Source of the DNA: an uncultured Bacilli bacterium
Lineage (GTDB): Bacteria; Bacillota_I; Bacilli_A; RF39; UBA660
NCBI GenBank assembly: GCA_947589675.1
Contig: CANQCI010000002.1
Location: 1 to 62,849 of the forward strand
Length of the DNA stretch: 62,849 nucleotides
Direction of reading: 5' to 3'
The notes below the pieces were generated by a model. That model saw only the letters and a list, made by a program, of their open reading frames with translations, did not search any database and was not told the origin of the DNA. This document shows positions 17,947 to 27,680 of the stretch, one piece after another (position 1 is the stretch's first letter; the number at the start of each line of letters is the position of its first letter). The position numbers and the translations under genes are program-made.

Positions 17947-20790
17947 ATGAAAAATAAAAATAAACTTATGATTTTATCTTTGCTATTACTTTTATTAGTG
18001 GTAATCGGGGCAACCTATGCCTACTTCACCGCCCAAAAGGGAAGTGGAGGTAGTGCCCAAATCGAAGTTGGAGCTGGCACCACTGATTCTTTACAATTCA
18101 CAAATGGCAATAAAATAAATATTGTTGCTACTCAAGATAATTTTCAAAAAGATGGTGACAACCAAAGTGATAGTTCTAGTGTCACAGCCACTCTTACGCC
18201 AAATAACACCACGAATGAAGCTAAGGATATGTATAATGTTTATCTAGTTATTGAAGATAATGAATTTGTTTATACTACTGATACTAAAGAAGCAGAATTA
18301 GTTTTAAAAGTAGTTAATCCAGCAAGCACCGAAGTAACATCCATGAATGCGGTGAAATATATTGATAAGCTTGGTTTTGATATTACTGAGTTAAAGCCAG
18401 GGATATATCCAATTGTTAAAGGTTATGATATTGAAGCAAGTGAAGAACCAAAAGTAGATAATTGGGAAATTACGGTAACTCTAATTAACTTAAATCATGA
18501 TCAAAATGCCAATGCTGGTAAATCATTTACTGGCAAAGTTTATATCACTAAAGATGATTTAAAGGAAAATGATTTAATTAAAGTTAATAGTATAGCATCA
18601 ACGACGACTACTAGTTCTATAAATGTTGATTTAAAGGTTGGAAATGAAATTGGTGAAGTAGATAAGTATTACTTTGCGATTGAAGAAACAACGGAAAAGC
18701 CAGAAGATATTCAAACAGAGAGTGTGTCTAGTGCCTTAGCTAAAGAATATGAAGAAAGTCCAACAGCCACTTATGCATTTACAACCATAGATGGGGAAGC
18801 GTTAAAAGAACAACAAAATTATAAAATCTATGGTTATGGTGTAGACACTAAGGGATTTCGAAGTAATATTTATGAAACAATTGTGACAACTGATGAATAT
18901 CAAATTCCCACGATTGAAACTGTTAGTCATGAAGAAACTGGAAATACTACAACCTTAACTATAACTGGGCATGGTGGAACAAGAGAGATAAATAAATATC
19001 AATATAGTGTAAATGGTGGTGATTGGATAGATAGTGATGCCTCAGGCACAATTGTCATATCTGAACTCGAATATAATAAAAGTTATGAAATAAGAATAAG
19101 AGCTGTCGATGAACAAGAAAGATATTCTAATACTTGGGTTGAAAATATTAAAATAATTAAAATGGGAACAGAAGAATATCCTTATGAAATAAAATACATA
19201 GAAGATTTAGTTAAATTAAGTAACGAAGTTAATGAGGGAACTGCTCATGCTGGTGAATACTTTAAATTAATGAATGACTTAGATTTTAGTGATGAAAGTG
19301 ATTACCAAGATGCCAAAACTTTAGATTATAAAGATATAAATGAAAATGAAATTGATGAGCCTTTAATTGAGGAACTTACAACAGGAAATGGTTTTAAAGG
19401 AATAGGAAATTATAGTAATCGTTTTAAGGGAATCTTTGATGGTAATAATAAAAGTATTAAAAACATTTTTATGGTAAATAATATTGACGCACGAAGATTT
19501 GGCTTCTTTGGTGTTGTCGAAAATGGAGTAGTAAAAAATTTAACTTTGAGTGGTTCGATGAAATCAATTCCTAAAGCCAACTTTGGAGCTTTTGCTGGTG
19601 ATATTTTTAATTCAGTTATTGAAAATTGTCATAATTATGTTAAAATTGAAAAAATTGCCCAAGATTGGTCAACTGGAGGCATAGTTGGAGCCGTATATCT
19701 TGATTCAAAAATAATAAATTGTACCAATCATGTAGATATAGTTGGTGGTTCATATTTAGGTGGAATTATTGGTTGCTTAGCTGGAGCATCTGTGGAAGTT
19801 TTAAATTGTGTAAATTATGGTAATGTTTCTCGAAGTGATGGCCCATCTTTCAGGGGTGTTGGAGGAATAGTTGGTGATATAGAAAGTGGAAACAATGTCA
19901 TAAAGAACTGTGTTAATAAAGGAATTGTTTCTGATAATGATTCAGTAAATGAGCGAGATGTTCGTTTAGGTGGAATTATTGGGACTATTTTGTTAGCTAA
20001 TGATATAACTATAGATAACTGTTCTAACGAAAATGATATAATTAATGAAAATGTTAATCATACTTATAACGTTTACATGGGAGGAATAATCGGTTATTTA
20101 ACTAACTTTGAAAATTTGATTATTACTAATTCCCATAATAATGGTAAACTTACTGATGGTGGCTGGGTCGGTGGCATAATTGGAAATAATAGTTCTCAAG
20201 ATTTAACCAATAGTATAGTAATTGATCGTTGTTTTAATAAAGGTAGTATAAATTCATCATTACAAGGTAATATTATTTCTGCTGGTTTAGTTGGTACAAA
20301 CTTTGGTAGTACAATTAATATTCTTAATAGTTATAACTCTGCTGATATTAAAGGACACAATCTTACCTCAGGATTTTTAGGTTCTCTTGATTATAAAGGC
20401 ACGGCTTTTATAACTAATTCTTATAATACCGGTTCAATAACGGCTAATAATACAACCTCAGGTTTAATTTATGTTCATAATCGAGCTGATTATTTATCAA
20501 ATTTAACTTTAAATAATGTTTATAACCTAGGAGTATTACAATCAACCAATATGGAAGAATTAATAACTATGATTATACCAACACCAACAGTAAATTTTGC
20601 TTATTATGATTCTAGTAAAAAATCTACTTTTGGAATAGGTAAAGAAAAAGATTATTTTTATAGTGAAAATTTTAAAGATGAATTAAATAATAATAAAACT
20701 AATATTACTTTAAATTTAGAAGGTTATTCTCTTTTAAATTGGAAACAAGGTACTGAGGGTTATCCTATATTAGATTATCAAAATGAATAA
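17947..20790 (+). CDS. Family paralog B1 (type B): SipW-type signal and N-module, FN3-like modules, GLUG-motif-like parallel beta-helix
   Basis: MKNKNKLMILSLLLLLLVVIGATYAYFTAQKGSGGSAQIEVGAGTTDSLQF. GTEEYPYEIKYIEDLVKLSNEVNEG..GEYFKLMNDLDF is followed by about 15 degenerate 22-25-aa repeats of the form N.G.I....GGIIG (roughly 19390-20530). Confidence 0.88.
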   Translation: MKNKNKLMILSLLLLLLVVIGATYAYFTAQKGSGGSAQIEVGAGTTDSLQFTNGNKINIVATQDNFQKDGDNQSDSSSVTATLTPNNTTNEAKDMYNVYLVIEDNEFVYTTDTKEAELVLKVVNPASTEVTSMNAVKYIDKLGFDITELKPGIYPIVKGYDIEASEEPKVDNWEITVTLINLNHDQNANAGKSFTGKVYITKDDLKENDLIKVNSIASTTTTSSINVDLKVGNEIGEVDKYYFAIEETTEKPEDIQTESVSSALAKEYEESPTATYAFTTIDGEALKEQQNYKIYGYGVDTKGFRSNIYETIVTTDEYQIPTIETVSHEETGNTTTLTITGHGGTREINKYQYSVNGGDWIDSDASGTIVISELEYNKSYEIRIRAVDEQERYSNTWVENIKIIKMGTEEYPYEIKYIEDLVKLSNEVNEGTAHAGEYFKLMNDLDFSDESDYQDAKTLDYKDINENEIDEPLIEELTTGNGFKGIGNYSNRFKGIFDGNNKSIKNIFMVNNIDARRFGFFGVVENGVVKNLTLSGSMKSIPKANFGAFAGDIFNSVIENCHNYVKIEKIAQDWSTGGIVGAVYLDSKIINCTNHVDIVGGSYLGGIIGCLAGASVEVLNCVNYGNVSRSDGPSFRGVGGIVGDIESGNNVIKNCVNKGIVSDNDSVNERDVRLGGIIGTILLANDITIDNCSNENDIINENVNHTYNVYMGGIIGYLTNFENLIITNSHNNGKLTDGGWVGGIIGNNSSQDLTNSIVIDRCFNKGSINSSLQGNIISAGLVGTNFGSTINILNSYNSADIKGHNLTSGFLGSLDYKGTAFITNSYNTGSITANNTTSGLIYVHNRADYLSNLTLNNVYNLGVLQSTNMEELITMIIPTPTVNFAYYDSSKKSTFGIGKEKDYFYSENFKDELNNNKTNITLNLEGYSLLNWKQGTEGYPILDYQNE

Positions 20791-20808
20791 AGTAAAGGTG
20801 CATGTGTA

Positions 20809-23561
20809 ATGAAACGAAAAGATAATAGAAAAAAATTTATTTTATTAGCAATGGCTGTTTTACTTATTACAGTAATTGGTGCCACCTATGCTTACTTCAC
20901 CGCCCAAAAGGGAAGTGGAGGTAGTGCCAATTTAACTGTTGAATCAGGAACAACTGATTCCTTACAATTCACAAATGGCAATAAAATAAATATTGTTGCT
21001 ACTCAAGATAATTTTCAAAAAGATGGTAAAATCAAAGTGGTAGCTCCAGTGTTACAGCCACTTTAACACCTAATAATACGACGAATGAAGCTAAGGATAT
21101 GTATAATGTTTATTTAGTTATTGAAGATAATGAATTTGTTTATACAACTGACGCTCATGATGCTGAATTAGTTTTAAAAGTAGTTAATCCAGCAAGCACC
21201 GAAGTAACATCCATGAATGCGGTGAAATATGTGGATGATATGGGTTTCGATATTACTGAGTTAAAGCCAGGTATATATCCGATTGTTAAAGGCTATGATA
21301 TTGAAGCTAGTGAAGAACCAAAGATAGATAATTGGGAAATTACGGTAACCTTAATAAACCTAGATAAAGATCAAAATAAGAATGCTGGTAAATCATTTAC
21401 CGGCAAAGTTTACATCACTAAAGATGATTTAAAGGAAAATGATTTAATTAAAGTTAATAGTATTACTTCTACAACGACAACAAATAGTATAAATGTTGAT
21501 TTAAAAATAGGGAATGAAATTGGACAAGTAGATAAATATTATTTTGCGATTGAAGAAACAACCGAAAAGCCAGAAGATATTCAAACGGAAAGTGTGGCTA
21601 GTGCTTTAGCTAAAGAATATACAGCAAGTCCAAAAGCTACTTATGAATTTACAACCATAAATGAAGAACCATTAAAAGCATCTCAAAATTATAAAATCTA
21701 TGGTTATGGTGTAGACACTAAGGGATTCAGAAGTAATATCTATGAAACAATTGTCACAACAGATGAATACCAAATTCCTACGATTGAAAGCATCAGTCAT
21801 GAAGAAACAGAAAATACTACAACCTTAACTATAACAGGCAATGGTGGAACTAGTAACATAAGTAAATATCAATATAGTATTGATAACAATAATTGGGTAG
21901 ATACTAATGATGCAACAGGAACTATAACAATTCCTGACCTTGAGTATAATAAAAGTTATGATATAAGAATAAGAGCTGTCGATGAACAAGGAAGATATTC
22001 CAATATTTGGGTAGAAAATATTAAAATTATAAAATTAGGAACTGAGGAATATCCTTATGAAATAAAAACTATTGATGATTTAGTTAAATTAAGTAACGAA
22101 GTTAATGAGGGAACAACTCATGCTGGAGAATACTTTAAATTAACTAATGATATAGATTTTCAAAATAAAGATAATTATGAAAGTGGGGAAATAGATTCTA
22201 ATTTAACTGAGGGTGAAGGATTTACACCAATTGGTATTTCGCCTAATAGTTTTCATGGAGTTTTAGATGGAAATAATCATATTATTAAAAACATATATAT
22301 TAGTAACAATAGCAATACTTTAGTTGGTTTATTTGGAAAAATAACAAATAGTGAAATAAAAAATTTAACTGTGGAAGGGAATATGTATCAAAACTTTAAC
22401 TCAGATATTGGGGGAATAACAGCGGTTTTAGATAATTCAGTAATTGATAATTGTACCACTAATATTAATATTGTAAATAATGTTACGGGAGCTTCGGCAG
22501 GCGGATTAGTGGGTGCAGTTATAAGCAGTGGTACTATAAAAAATAGTATTAATCGTAGTATTTTAAATACTAGTGCCACCCAAGCTGGAGGCATTGTTGG
22601 GTGTATGGCTAGAACTTCTAGTTCTCTGGAAATTAATAATTGTGTTAATGAGGGAGATATTACTAGTCCTATTAATAATATTATTGGAGGAATTATTGGA
22701 CGGGATACCTCGGAAAAAGCAACTAATTTAATAATTAAAAATTCATATAATACAGGCAATGTTACTGGTAATAGTGGTCGAGTTGGCGGAATTGCTGGGA
22801 ATTTGTATCAAAATGTTTTAATTGAAAACTGTTATAATAATGGAATAATATCTGGAGGTATTCAAGTTGGCGGAATTGTGGCAGTTAGCTCAGATGATGC
22901 TTCAACAATAATTAATAAAAGTTATAATTTAAATAATATATCATCCAATATTTCTCAAGCCCAAATTGGGGGATTAATGGGGCTTACTAGCGGTAATTCT
23001 AAAGCTATAATTTTAAATAGTTATAACCAAGGAAATATTGATACTGTTGATGCAAATGTTCCTGCCGGTTTAGTTGGCTATTTATATAATGGAACTAAGT
23101 CTATAATATTAAATTCTTATAATAAGGGTAATGTTACTAATGCGGCTGGTGAAAAATTTATAAATCCTAGTGTCAGTGGAATTTATACTATTTCAAGTAC
23201 GCATGAAAATACTATTTTAATAAATAATACATATAATTCAGGATTATTAAGTAGTACTAATAAATATGCGATAGGACTTTTTCACAATAATTCTGTGGGC
23301 TCTATTAATAATGCCTATTTTACTGAGGGTATTGTTCCGGATTATCAAAATGTAAATGAAACAAAAGTTGAAGATATTAATATGAAAGATGGAACTTTAT
23401 TAAAATATTTAAATGATAATATAGTTGATTCACAAACTTTAAAATCAGGTGAAACTAATAGCAGTTTGAGTAGTTTTGATAGCTTGCTTGCTGATTATGA
23501 ATTAGAAACTTGGAAACAAGGTAGTGATGGTTATCCAATATTAGATTATCAAAAAGAATAA
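20809..23561 (+). pseudogene. Family paralog B2 (type B) disrupted by a 1-nt deletion, or a sequencing error
   Basis: ORFs 20809-21066 and 21099-23561 are two frames of one gene. Aligned with B1 (gatggtgacaaccaaagtgat) and B3 (aatggagaaaatcaaagtgga), B2 reads gatggtaaaatcaaagtggt, one base short near 21026-21031. Restoring it gives ...DGENQSGSSSVTATLTPNNTTNEAKDMYNVY. Confidence 0.8.
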
Positions 23562-23578
23562 GTAATAATTTTATAAAT

Positions 23579-23616
23579 AAAAACACTATTTAAATAAAGT
23601 AATAGATAGTGTTTTT
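23579..23616 (+). terminator. Rho-independent terminator after B2
   Basis: aaacactat/atagtgttt 9-bp stem with a 16-nt loop and a T-run. Confidence 0.65.
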
Positions 23617-23626
23617 AATTTATATA

Positions 23627-23655
23627 TTGTTTTTCAATTTTTATTAGTGTACTAT
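23627..23655 (+). promoter_or_regulatory. Candidate promoter of B3 (TTGTTT-17-TACTAT)
   Basis: Hexamers at 23627-23632 and 23650-23655, upstream of the ATG at 23688. Confidence 0.35.
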
Positions 23656-23687
23656 TAATAGTAGATTAAAGTAGTTATGGTGATTAT

Positions 23688-26600
23688 ATGAAGAATAAAA
23701 AGTGGTATATCTTGTTAGCTTTGGTGGTATTACTTATCACAATAATTGGAGCTACCTATGCGTATTTTGTAGCCCAAAAAGGGACAGGAGGAAGTGCCCA
23801 AATTGAAGTAGGAGCTGGAACAACTGATTCCCTACAATTTACGAATGGGGAAGAAATAAATATTATTGCGAATCAAGATAATTTTCAAAAAAATGGAGAA
23901 AATCAAAGTGGAAACTCTAGGGTTACGGCAACCCTTACAGCCAATAATACCACTAAAGAAGCTAAGGATATGTATAATGTTTATTTAGTAATTGAAGATA
24001 ATGAATTTGTTTATACTACGGAAGATAGTAAGCCAGAATTGGTTTTAAAAATAATAAATCCGGAAAGTATGGAAGTAACATCCATGAATGCGGTGAAATA
24101 TGTTGATGAAGTTGGTTTTGATATTACGGAATTAAGCCCAGGGATATATCCCATAGTTAAGGGATATGACATTGAAGCAAAGGGAGATGCTAAAGTAGAT
24201 AATTGGGAAATTACCGTAACTTTAATTAATTTAGATCAAGATCAAAACGAAAATGCTGGTAAGTCATTTACCGGTAGAGTTTATATTACTAGAGATGATT
24301 TAAAAGAAAATGATTTAATAAAAATAAATAGTATTGTCTCGACAACCACCGCTAGGACTATTAATGTTGATTTAAAAGTTGGGGAGGAAATAGGACAAGT
24401 AAATAAATATTATTTTGCGATAGAAGAAACTGATGAAACTTTAGAAGATATAAAAGAAGAAAGTGTGGCTAGTGCTTTAGCTAAAGAATATATCGAAAGT
24501 TCTAGCTCTAGTTATGAGTTTACTAAAATTAATGATGAACCTTTAAAAGAAGAACAAAATTATAAAATATATGGATATGGTGTTGATACGAAAGGATTTA
24601 GAAGTAATATTTATGAAACAATTGTTAGAACAGAAGAATATGAAATACCTGTAATTGAAAGAGTTAGTCATGAAGAAAATAATAATAGTACAACTATAAC
24701 GGTAGTTGGTCAAAGTGGGACGGGGAAAATAAGTAAATATCAATATAGTTTAGATGGTGATGTTTGGATAGATAGTGATGATTCAGGGATTATTACTATT
24801 AATGATTTAGAATATAATAAAAGTTATGATCTAAAAATAAGAGTTGTAGATGAAAATGAAAGATATTCTAATACTTGGATAGAAACAATTAAAATTATTA
24901 AATATGGAACAGAAGAATATCCTTATTCAATTAAAACTATAGATGATTTAGTTAAATTAAGTACTGAGGTAAATGGAGGAAATCTTCATATAAATGAATA
25001 TTATAAATTAGAAAATAATCTTGATTTTGCTGCACCTGATAGTTATAAAAATAATGTTGTTGATGATAGTTTAATTACCGGCAATGGTTTTACGCCAATT
25101 GGTAGTGATAATAGTCCTTTTGCAGGGATATTTGATGGTAATAATAAAAAAATAACTAATTTAAATATCAATAATAGTACTAAGCAAATGATAGGCTTAT
25201 TTGGGACGATTAGAAATAGTAAAATATATAATTTAGAAGTAAATGGTAATGTTAATACGAATATTAATAGTAATACCGGTTTAATAGTGGGAAATTTATA
25301 TGATTCAGAAATAAATAATTGCTCTAGCTCAGGAACTATTGTAAGTACTGCGGGTAGCTATTCGACCGGAGGAATAGTGGGTGCTGTTTATGGTAATAAT
25401 AAAATATTAAATAGTCATAATACTGCTAAAGTAACGGGGGGAGCTTGGATTGGAGGTATTGTCGGGGGATTTGGCTCTGGAAATTTATTAATCGAAAATT
25501 CCTATAATAAAGGGGATATTTCTAAAGTTGATGATGTTGAACTTCAAGGTTTAGGTGGTCTACTTGGAGCTGCTATTGTTAGTGATGATACCTATGGTAT
25601 TACCATTAAAAATTCATATAACCAAGGAAAAGTTACCGATACTTTACAATCTGATAGAACTTCGGCAGCTGGAGGTTTAATTGGTAAATCTTATGTTAAT
25701 GTAACTTTAGAAAATACTCATAATACGGGGGATGTAACTTTAGTTCATGATAAATATACAGCCGGTATGCAAAGTAGTTTAGGAGGATTAATAGGTTATA
25801 TCTATAATGCTAATATTACTATTAGAAATTCTTATAATGAAGCGACAATATTAAATGGAGAAGATAATGCTGGTTTAATTGCTTATGCTATTTTGGCTAA
25901 TGTAATGATTGAAAAATCCCATAACTCTGGATTAATTAAAGCTAATAATGTTAATCCAGTGCATTTAAGAATGGGTGGATTAATGGGTTTTAGTAATAAT
26001 AGTGATGTAACAATCCTTGATAGTTATAATGATAATTCTATTATTGGTACTACTGGTCATACTGAGTATTTTATCTCGGGCATAATAGGTGTTCATGACC
26101 ATGGTAAAACTATTAATATTTTTAATACCTATAATTTAGGTAATGTTGAAAGTGGCAAAAATGCGGGTGGTATAACTTATATATATGGTAATTCATATGA
26201 AGGTAAATACACCAATCTTCTCCTAAATAATTGTTATAACTTAGGAAAAATAACTGGGACAGCTTCCTATGCCATTGGTTATCTTAATCCTAATACCGTA
26301 ACCAATATAAATAATACCTATTATGATAATACATATTCTAGTTCTAATGTGGCTAATATTGGTACACCTATGTCTCTTGCAGATATGAAAAAACTAGACT
26401 TTGTTTTAACCTTAAATAATAATCTTAAAAATATAAATTTAAGTAATATAAATCCTAATTATAAATTATCTAACTTTACTTTAAGAAATAATTATGCTCA
26501 ACTTCCTTTGGCAGATGTTCCTGATTTAAGTGGTAATAATAACACTTTATCTAACTATGGTGTCAAAGTTAGTGATGAGGGGATTACAACTAGGGTAGAT

Positions 26601-27143
26601 GATAATCAAGGCTATCTTAACACTAATTTAGTTAATGTTGATTTTTCCCAAGGATTAACTTATATTATTAAACTTAAAGTTAGTGATTTTACTAAAGGAA
26701 TGGCTATCATGGGTAATTGGGAAACTAAAGGGGGAGGACTCTATTATAACAGTGGAAGTAGTTTTTGCTTAGATATGTATGAATTAACCCCTCCTTGGAC
26801 AATTTGTAGTAGTAAAACTTATCAAACTAATACATGGTATACTTTAGTGGGGACTTACATTGATAGTAAATTAAAATTATATGTAATTAATGATGCTAAT
26901 GTTGATACTTATGAATTACCTACCAGTGGGAGTATTAGCCCTGTCATAACGCCAATTACTATCGGTATGGATCCAGATATTGATAGTAATGGTTATTTAA
27001 ATGGACATAATTATGGTACTATCACCGTTAAAGAAGCTTTAATTTTCAAACGAAGTTTAGATGATTTAGAAATAAAAAATAATTATGTTAATTCTCTTAA
27101 TCCACTTGATAAAACTAATTTAGTAGCATGGTATAAATTTTAA
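23688..27143 (+). CDS. Family paralog B3 (type B+): N-module, FN3-like modules, GLUG-like beta-helix, C-terminal LamG/concanavalin-like domain
   Basis: MKNKKWYILLALVVLLITIIGATYAYFVAQKGTGGSAQIEVGAGTTDSLQF. Beta-helix repeats at about 25100-26300. The C-terminal region at about 26520-27140 (..TNTWYTLVGTYIDSKLKLYVIND..) has a LamG-like pattern. Confidence 0.88.
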   Translation: MKNKKWYILLALVVLLITIIGATYAYFVAQKGTGGSAQIEVGAGTTDSLQFTNGEEINIIANQDNFQKNGENQSGNSRVTATLTANNTTKEAKDMYNVYLVIEDNEFVYTTEDSKPELVLKIINPESMEVTSMNAVKYVDEVGFDITELSPGIYPIVKGYDIEAKGDAKVDNWEITVTLINLDQDQNENAGKSFTGRVYITRDDLKENDLIKINSIVSTTTARTINVDLKVGEEIGQVNKYYFAIEETDETLEDIKEESVASALAKEYIESSSSSYEFTKINDEPLKEEQNYKIYGYGVDTKGFRSNIYETIVRTEEYEIPVIERVSHEENNNSTTITVVGQSGTGKISKYQYSLDGDVWIDSDDSGIITINDLEYNKSYDLKIRVVDENERYSNTWIETIKIIKYGTEEYPYSIKTIDDLVKLSTEVNGGNLHINEYYKLENNLDFAAPDSYKNNVVDDSLITGNGFTPIGSDNSPFAGIFDGNNKKITNLNINNSTKQMIGLFGTIRNSKIYNLEVNGNVNTNINSNTGLIVGNLYDSEINNCSSSGTIVSTAGSYSTGGIVGAVYGNNKILNSHNTAKVTGGAWIGGIVGGFGSGNLLIENSYNKGDISKVDDVELQGLGGLLGAAIVSDDTYGITIKNSYNQGKVTDTLQSDRTSAAGGLIGKSYVNVTLENTHNTGDVTLVHDKYTAGMQSSLGGLIGYIYNANITIRNSYNEATILNGEDNAGLIAYAILANVMIEKSHNSGLIKANNVNPVHLRMGGLMGFSNNSDVTILDSYNDNSIIGTTGHTEYFISGIIGVHDHGKTINIFNTYNLGNVESGKNAGGITYIYGNSYEGKYTNLLLNNCYNLGKITGTASYAIGYLNPNTVTNINNTYYDNTYSSSNVANIGTPMSLADMKKLDFVLTLNNNLKNINLSNINPNYKLSNFTLRNNYAQLPLADVPDLSGNNNTLSNYGVKVSDEGITTRVDDNQGYLNTNLVNVDFSQGLTYIIKLKVSDFTKGMAIMGNWETKGGGLYYNSGSSFCLDMYELTPPWTICSSKTYQTNTWYTLVGTYIDSKLKLYVINDANVDTYELPTSGSISPVITPITIGMDPDIDSNGYLNGHNYGTITVKEALIFKRSLDDLEIKNNYVNSLNPLDKTNLVAWYKF

Positions 27144-27191
27144 GTATTAAGACAGGTCCTTGCTTTAAAAATTTACTGCACCCAAAAAAGT

Positions 27192-27212
27192 AAAACTGGA
27201 TAACCCAGTTTT
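27192..27212 (+). terminator. Terminator-like hairpin after B3
   Basis: aaaactgg/ccagtttt 8-bp stem with a 5-nt loop. The U-tract is mostly inside the stem. Confidence 0.5.
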
Positions 27213-27230
27213 AAGATTATCAAAATGAAT

Positions 27231-27262
27231 AGGATTCTTTTAAAAAAAGTTAATCCTTTTTT
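27231..27262. terminator. Probable bidirectional terminator between B3 and the convergent RHH gene
   Basis: aggatt ... aatcct outer stem with an inner ctttt/aaaag extension, followed by ttttt on the + strand. Confidence 0.5.
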
Positions 27263-27323
27263 ATTTCGACAATTTTTTTAAAACTTTTGTTGTAGAATAC
27301 TAACATGAGAAGATAAAAAGAAA

Positions 27324-27497
27324 TTAGTTATTGACTGTTTCTTTATGTTCACTATGTTCTTTTCTATAAGTTTCAATAAATTGAGTTAAGGCATAAACAA
27401 CTAAGTTATTTAAACTTCTTTGTTCTTCCAAAGCAATCATGTCTAATTCCTTTTTTAATTCTTCATTGATTCTTACATAAATAATATCTTTATTCAT
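27324..27497 (-). CDS. Ribbon-helix-helix (CopG/Arc/MetJ-like) DNA-binding protein, divergent from the nine-gene block
   Basis: MNKDIIYVRINEELKKELDMIALEEQRSLNNLVVYALTQFIE fits a beta-strand plus two-helix RHH pattern. ATG at 27497 has gagg upstream. The 14 extra codons of the ORF-track frame have no SD. Confidence 0.7.
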   Translation of the reverse strand: MNKDIIYVRINEELKKELDMIALEEQRSLNNLVVYALTQFIETYRKEHSEHKETVNN

Positions 27498-27548
27498 AAT
27501 CTTCTCGCCTCGATATCTATAATAATTTAAATTAAACAAAAATTATGC

Positions 27549-27578
27549 TTGCAAGGTGCTAGCTTATCGTATTATAAT
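27549..27578 (+). promoter_or_regulatory. SigA-type promoter of the nine-gene type A block (TTGCAA-18-TATAAT)
   Basis: -35 at 27549-27554 and consensus -10 at 27573-27578, about 100 nt upstream of the ATG at 27681. Confidence 0.6.
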
Positions 27579-27611
27579 TAATAATAGGATATGATAATAC
27601 AAGAATTAATA

Positions 27612-27629
27612 TTGGCATAATTTGGCATA
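27612..27629 (+). promoter_or_regulatory. Two direct TTGGCATA repeats spaced 10 bp (candidate operator)
   Basis: TTGGCATA at 27612-27619 and 27622-27629, between the promoter and the first gene of the block, next to the RHH gene. Confidence 0.4.
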
Positions 27630-27680
27630 TTTTAGGGAAATTTTTTAGTTTTGAAATTAAAAATGGGAGTAGTGATTAAA

